Source: Octopus bimaculoides
Lineage: Eukaryota
DNA length: 64,000 nt
Direction: 5' to 3'
NCBI RefSeq assembly: GCF_001194135.2
Contig: NC_068988.1
Location: 71,029,513-71,093,512, forward strand
The position numbers were made by a program, and so were the translations under genes. Shown one piece after another: positions 59,784-64,000 of the stretch. The notes beneath the pieces are model-generated. The model saw only the letters and a list, made by a program, of their open reading frames with translations, made no database searches and was not told the DNA's origin. Positions within the stretch are counted from its first letter, which is position 1. Each line of letters begins with the position of its first letter.

Positions 59784-62367
59784 AACGATAATGATGGCGA
59801 TCCNNNNNNNNNNNNNNNNNNNNNNNNNNNNNNNNNNNNNNNNNNNNNNNNNNNNNNNNNNNNNNNNNNNNNNNNNNNNNNNNNNNNNNNNNNNNNNNNN
59901 NNNNNNNNNNNNNNNNNNNNNNNNNNNNNNNNNNNNNNNNNNNNNNNNNNNNNNNNNNNNNNNNNNNNNNNNNNNNNNNNNNNNNNNNNNNNNNNNNNNN
60001 NNNNNNNNNNNNNNNNNNNNNNNNNNNNNNNNNNNNNNNNNNNNNNNNNNNNNNNNNNNNNNNNNNNNNNNNNNNNNNNNNNNNNNNNNNNNNNNNNNNN
60101 NNNNNNNNNNNNNNNNNNNNNNNNNNNNNNNNNNNNNNNNNNNNNNNNNNNNNNNNNNNNNNNNNNNNNNNNNNNNNNNNNNNNNNNNNNNNNNNNNNNN
60201 NNNNNNNNNNNNNNNNNNNNNNNNNNNNNNNNNNNNNNNNNNNNNNNNNNNNNNNNNNNNNNNNNNNNNNNNNNNNNNNNNNNNNNNNNNNNNNNNNNNN
60301 NNNNNNNNNNNNNNNNNNNNNNNNNNNNNNNNNNNNNNNNNNNNNNNNNNNNNNNNNNNNNNNNNNNNNNNNNNNNNNNNNNNNNNNNNNNNNNNNNNNN
60401 NNNNNNNNNNNNNNNNNNNNNNNNNNNNNNNNNNNNNNNNNNNNNNNNNNNNNNNNNNNNNNNNNNNNNNNNNNNNNNNNNNNNNNNNNNNNNNNNNNNN
60501 NNNNNNNNNNNNNNNNNNNNNNNNNNNNNNNNNNNNNNNNNNNNNNNNNNNNNNNNNNNNNNNNNNNNNNNNNACACCAGGTATACCTGCTTAGAAGACT
60601 CAAAGAAAATTAACTAAAATTGAAAACATTAAATTAGAACCAGACTGTGAAATTGGAGAATTAGGTTGGAACACCTAACCTTCCATCGGAGTAGATGAAG
60701 CTGATACACAACTATACATAGAAAGGAAGGAAGAAATTAGAAAAAAAAAAAAAAAGCAGGACTACAGGAGAATTAGAGTAATGGTAGAAATCGACCCCAT
60801 TGCCAGAAAGTGATTTAGAACCTTCACACCCTGGGAAATTATGCCAGCATTGCTAAATAACGATAGGAAAGGAATAATTTAAGCAAACTTCAGAAATAGT
60901 CTGAGAGCAACAATGTAACTACATATGTCAATCCAAACAGACACGGAAATCAAGAAAAAGCGACAGGGTATTGTTGGTAATAGTTTTCAGGGACAAAGGT
61001 GTATTGATCGAAATATTAGTTGCAAAAGAGTCCACCCCCATTTTTTTTTTTAATGTGAGACGGGGAGAGAACCAGGATGTGGAGACTGAAAATTGAAATT
61101 ATCTCCCTTAAAACAAGTGCCTTGTGAATGATAGAACAAAAATGAACACAAATCCAAGTCCTAGAACTTACACAACACACAGTAAATGACAGTACTACAT
61201 AGTCGCATCTCTGGCCACCTTCCAGTTTCATGTACTCGTTGTAGAATTCAAGTTCTTCCGAACAGTTCGTGTGGCAGAGAGGGTGGGAAGAGGATCGCTT
61301 TCTCCTGATAGGTTCAATAGGCTTCTGCTACGGTTTTCGCCATCAGTCTTTCGGGTGTTCTTTATTATCTGGTTTCATCTCTTAGTAAATAGTACTTTTT
61401 CAATTCCATTCTCATCTTGTAGGTCATCTAGGAAATCCATCAGACTCCCGTTTAAATTGTTCGAAATTATTTTATTCTCTGTCAGAAATATTTTTATAGT
61501 GAAATACGAATAGTTTCTGCAAGAAAATGAATTTGTCTTCTTTTCTCTCTGATTATAGTCTGTAATTTCTTCCTTTTTTTTTTTTTTGGATTGATTGAGT
61601 AACCGTGAATGTTGAGCAATTAAAAGCTTCCCCCACCNNNNNNNNNNNNNNNNNNNNNNNNNNNNNNNNNNNNNNNNNNNNNNNNNNNNNNNNNNNNNNN
61701 NNNNNNNNNNNNNNNNNNNNNNNNNNNNNNNNNNNNNNNNNNNNNNNNNNNNNNNNNNNNNNNNNNNNNNNNNNNNNNNNNNNNNNNNNNNNNNNNNNNN
61801 NNNNNNNNNNNNNNNNNNNNNNNNNNNNNNNNNNNNNNNNNNNNNNNNNNNNNNNNNNNNNNNNNNNNNNNNNNNNNNNNNNNNNNNNNNNNNNNNNNNN
61901 NNNNNNNNNNNNNNNNNNNNNNNNNNNNNNNNNNNNNNNNNNNNNNNNNNNNNNNNNNNNNNNNNNNNNNNNNNNNNNNNNNNNNNNNNNNNNNNNNNNN
62001 NNNNNNNNNNNNNNNNNNNNNNNNNNNNNNNNNNNNNNNNNNNNNNNNNNNNNNNNNNNNNNNNNNNNNNNNNNNNNNNNNNNNNNNNNNNNNNNNNNNN
62101 NNNNNNNNNNNNNNNNNNNNNNNNNNNNNNNNNNNNNNNNNNNNNNNNNNNNNNNNNNNNNNNNNNNNNNNNNNNNNNNNNNNNNNNNNNNNNNNNNNNN
62201 NNNNNNNNNNNNNNNNNNNNNNNNNNNNNNNNNNNNNNNNNNNNNNNNNNNNNNNNNNNNNNNNNNNNNNNNNNNNNNNNNNNNNNNNNNNNNNNNNNNN
62301 NNNNNNNNNNNNNNNNNNNNNNNNNNNNNNNNNNNNNNNNNNNNNNNNNNNNNNTTCGTATAATAAA

Positions 62368-63010
62368 GGCGGTGAGCTCGCAGAAACGTTAGCACGCTGG
62401 ACGAAATGCTTCGCAGTATTTCGTCAGTGTTTACAGTCTGAGTTCAAATTCCGCCGAGGTCGACTTTACCTTTCATCCTTTTTGGGGTCGATAAATTAAG
62501 CACCAGTTGCGTACTGAGGTCGATCTAATCGACTGCGCCTAGCGAAGAAAAGAATTTCTTACATACATATAAATGCTCATTTGAAAAGTTGACCTCAGCC
62601 GGTAGAGTAGAAAGGGCGTCGGAAAAAATACTTTCTTTCGGATATTAAGATCTGAGTTCAAATTCGAGGTCAACTTCGTTTTTCCTCTTTTCAGAGTACT
62701 ATTATCGACTAAGCTATCATTTTGAAATTGTTGGCATCGTGCTTATAGTAGAAAGGATTATTATTATTATTAATAAAGAGGGATTATTATTATTAATGAA
62801 GGTGGTGGCGAGATAGCAGAATCGTTAACAAACCGAGCAAAATGCTTAGCGGCATTTCGTTCCTCTGCACGTTCTAATTTGAAATTCCGCCGAGGTCTAC
62901 TTTGCCTTTCATCATTTCGAGATTGATAAAAAAGTACCTGTTGAGCATTAAGATCGATGTATTCGACATAGCCCTACCCCTGGAATTGCTAGCCTTGGGC
63001 CACAATTTGA
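62368..63010 (+). mobile_element. Cluster of three SINE B copies (62368-62555, decayed ~62600-62760, 62801-63010)
   Basis: Repeated head/body motifs separated by (TTA)n tails. Confidence 0.82.
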
Positions 63011-63598
63011 AATCATTATTGATAAAGAGAAGAGGAAGAAGTCAAATTATCGCAATCTACGATAGTTATGAAGGTAATAAAATTCTATTTTTGTTTCTCT
63101 CTTAACCTGAAGCGGAATTCACCATACCATATTTCTTGCTTTTAAAAGAAATCTTTCAATGTTCCAGTGTTGTTAAATATTTTATTTTAAAATGTTTATG
63201 GAGCTATTCATACATTTTTATTCTTATATTAACATTACACTCACCAATTTAAAAAGAAATGTCTATATCTGCATACATATAAATTGAAATGATATTCCAC
63301 TTTATATATACACATTTGAAAAGTTTCGTAATTTCAATATTCATTAACAGATGTATGATCATAAATATACGTAAGCAATCATATTGCCTGCTTGAGAAGC
63401 TACAAAGTTTTCAATGATATTCACTTTTATATTTCTTTGAGTTCTTTTCCTAAATATTTCTATTTAAGAAAAAAAAAATTATTGAGATATCCAAGTATTT
63501 ATATTCTTATATTCGCATTTTACTCAGCGCGCGCGCGCGCGTAGTGGAGTGATGATGGTTTGAACAGTTTCTAGATTTCAATATTTATTAACAAATAA

Positions 63599-63790
63599 GG
63601 CAGCGAGCTGGAAGAATCGTTAGCACGCCGGGTAAAATGCTTTGCAACATTTTGTCCGACCTTGCATTCTGAGTTTAAATTCTGCCGAGGTTACTTTGCT
63701 TTTTTTCCTTTCAGAGTCAATGGAATAAGTACCAGTTGAACATCAGGATCGATGTATTCGACTTAAACCTCCCCACCCACCCACGCCGAA
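63599..63790 (+). mobile_element. SINE family B
   Basis: GGCAGCGAGCTGGAAGAATCGTTAGCACGCCGGG..CTGAGTTTAAATTCTGCCGAGG. Confidence 0.82.
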
Positions 63791-64000
63791 ATCTTAAATT
63801 AATTTTTATGAAAAAGAATAAAAGAATAGATTGAATATAAACAGTTATAAGCAATCACATTTCCCAATTGGATGATTATAAAACTTCCCTGAAATAGTCT
63901 CTACATAAGGCTACATTTTTAGAATAGTATGCATTTCTTATTTTCTTGTTAACAGTTCAGTGCATGACATTTAATTTTGTTATCAGTACTATTCATTATT

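Noticed and set aside
61270-61560. - strand reading frame ..NLNGSLMDFLDDLQDENGIEK.. with nearby acceptors
   Set aside because: Interrupted by stops, no convincing donor, no family recognised

Overview
AT-rich, microsatellite-laden, gappy animal genomic DNA. The SINE families and repeat landscape point to an Octopus species (inference, no database search). One complete host gene is recognisable: NDUFA1 (complex I MWFE subunit) on the + strand, with a non-coding exon at ~7.0 kb and three coding exons (11243-11344, 17374-17463, 18583-18639; 82 aa). It sits head-to-head, ~200 bp away, with an unidentified - strand gene (exon 6674-6793, candidate exon 4429-4548). The rest is mostly transposon debris: three to four tRNA-derived SINE families, RTE, Tx1/L1 and R4/Dong LINE fragments, mariner and Tc1 remnants, MITEs, a gypsy LTR with a tRNA-Trp primer site, a probable solo LTR and Penelope-like (PLE) fragments. 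The most notable hidden layer is several distinct families of type I hammerhead ribozyme motifs with (near-)palindromic helix III (20335-20374, 49570-49700, 31484-31522, 3943-4052, plus degenerate ones). Two of them sit in elements whose terminal inverted repeats end exactly at the helix III palindrome. CpG decay in SINE copies divides the window into a CpG-depleted domain (~1-27 kb, except the promoter) and a CpG-retaining domain (>28 kb). No CRISPR, rRNA or true tRNA genes were found.
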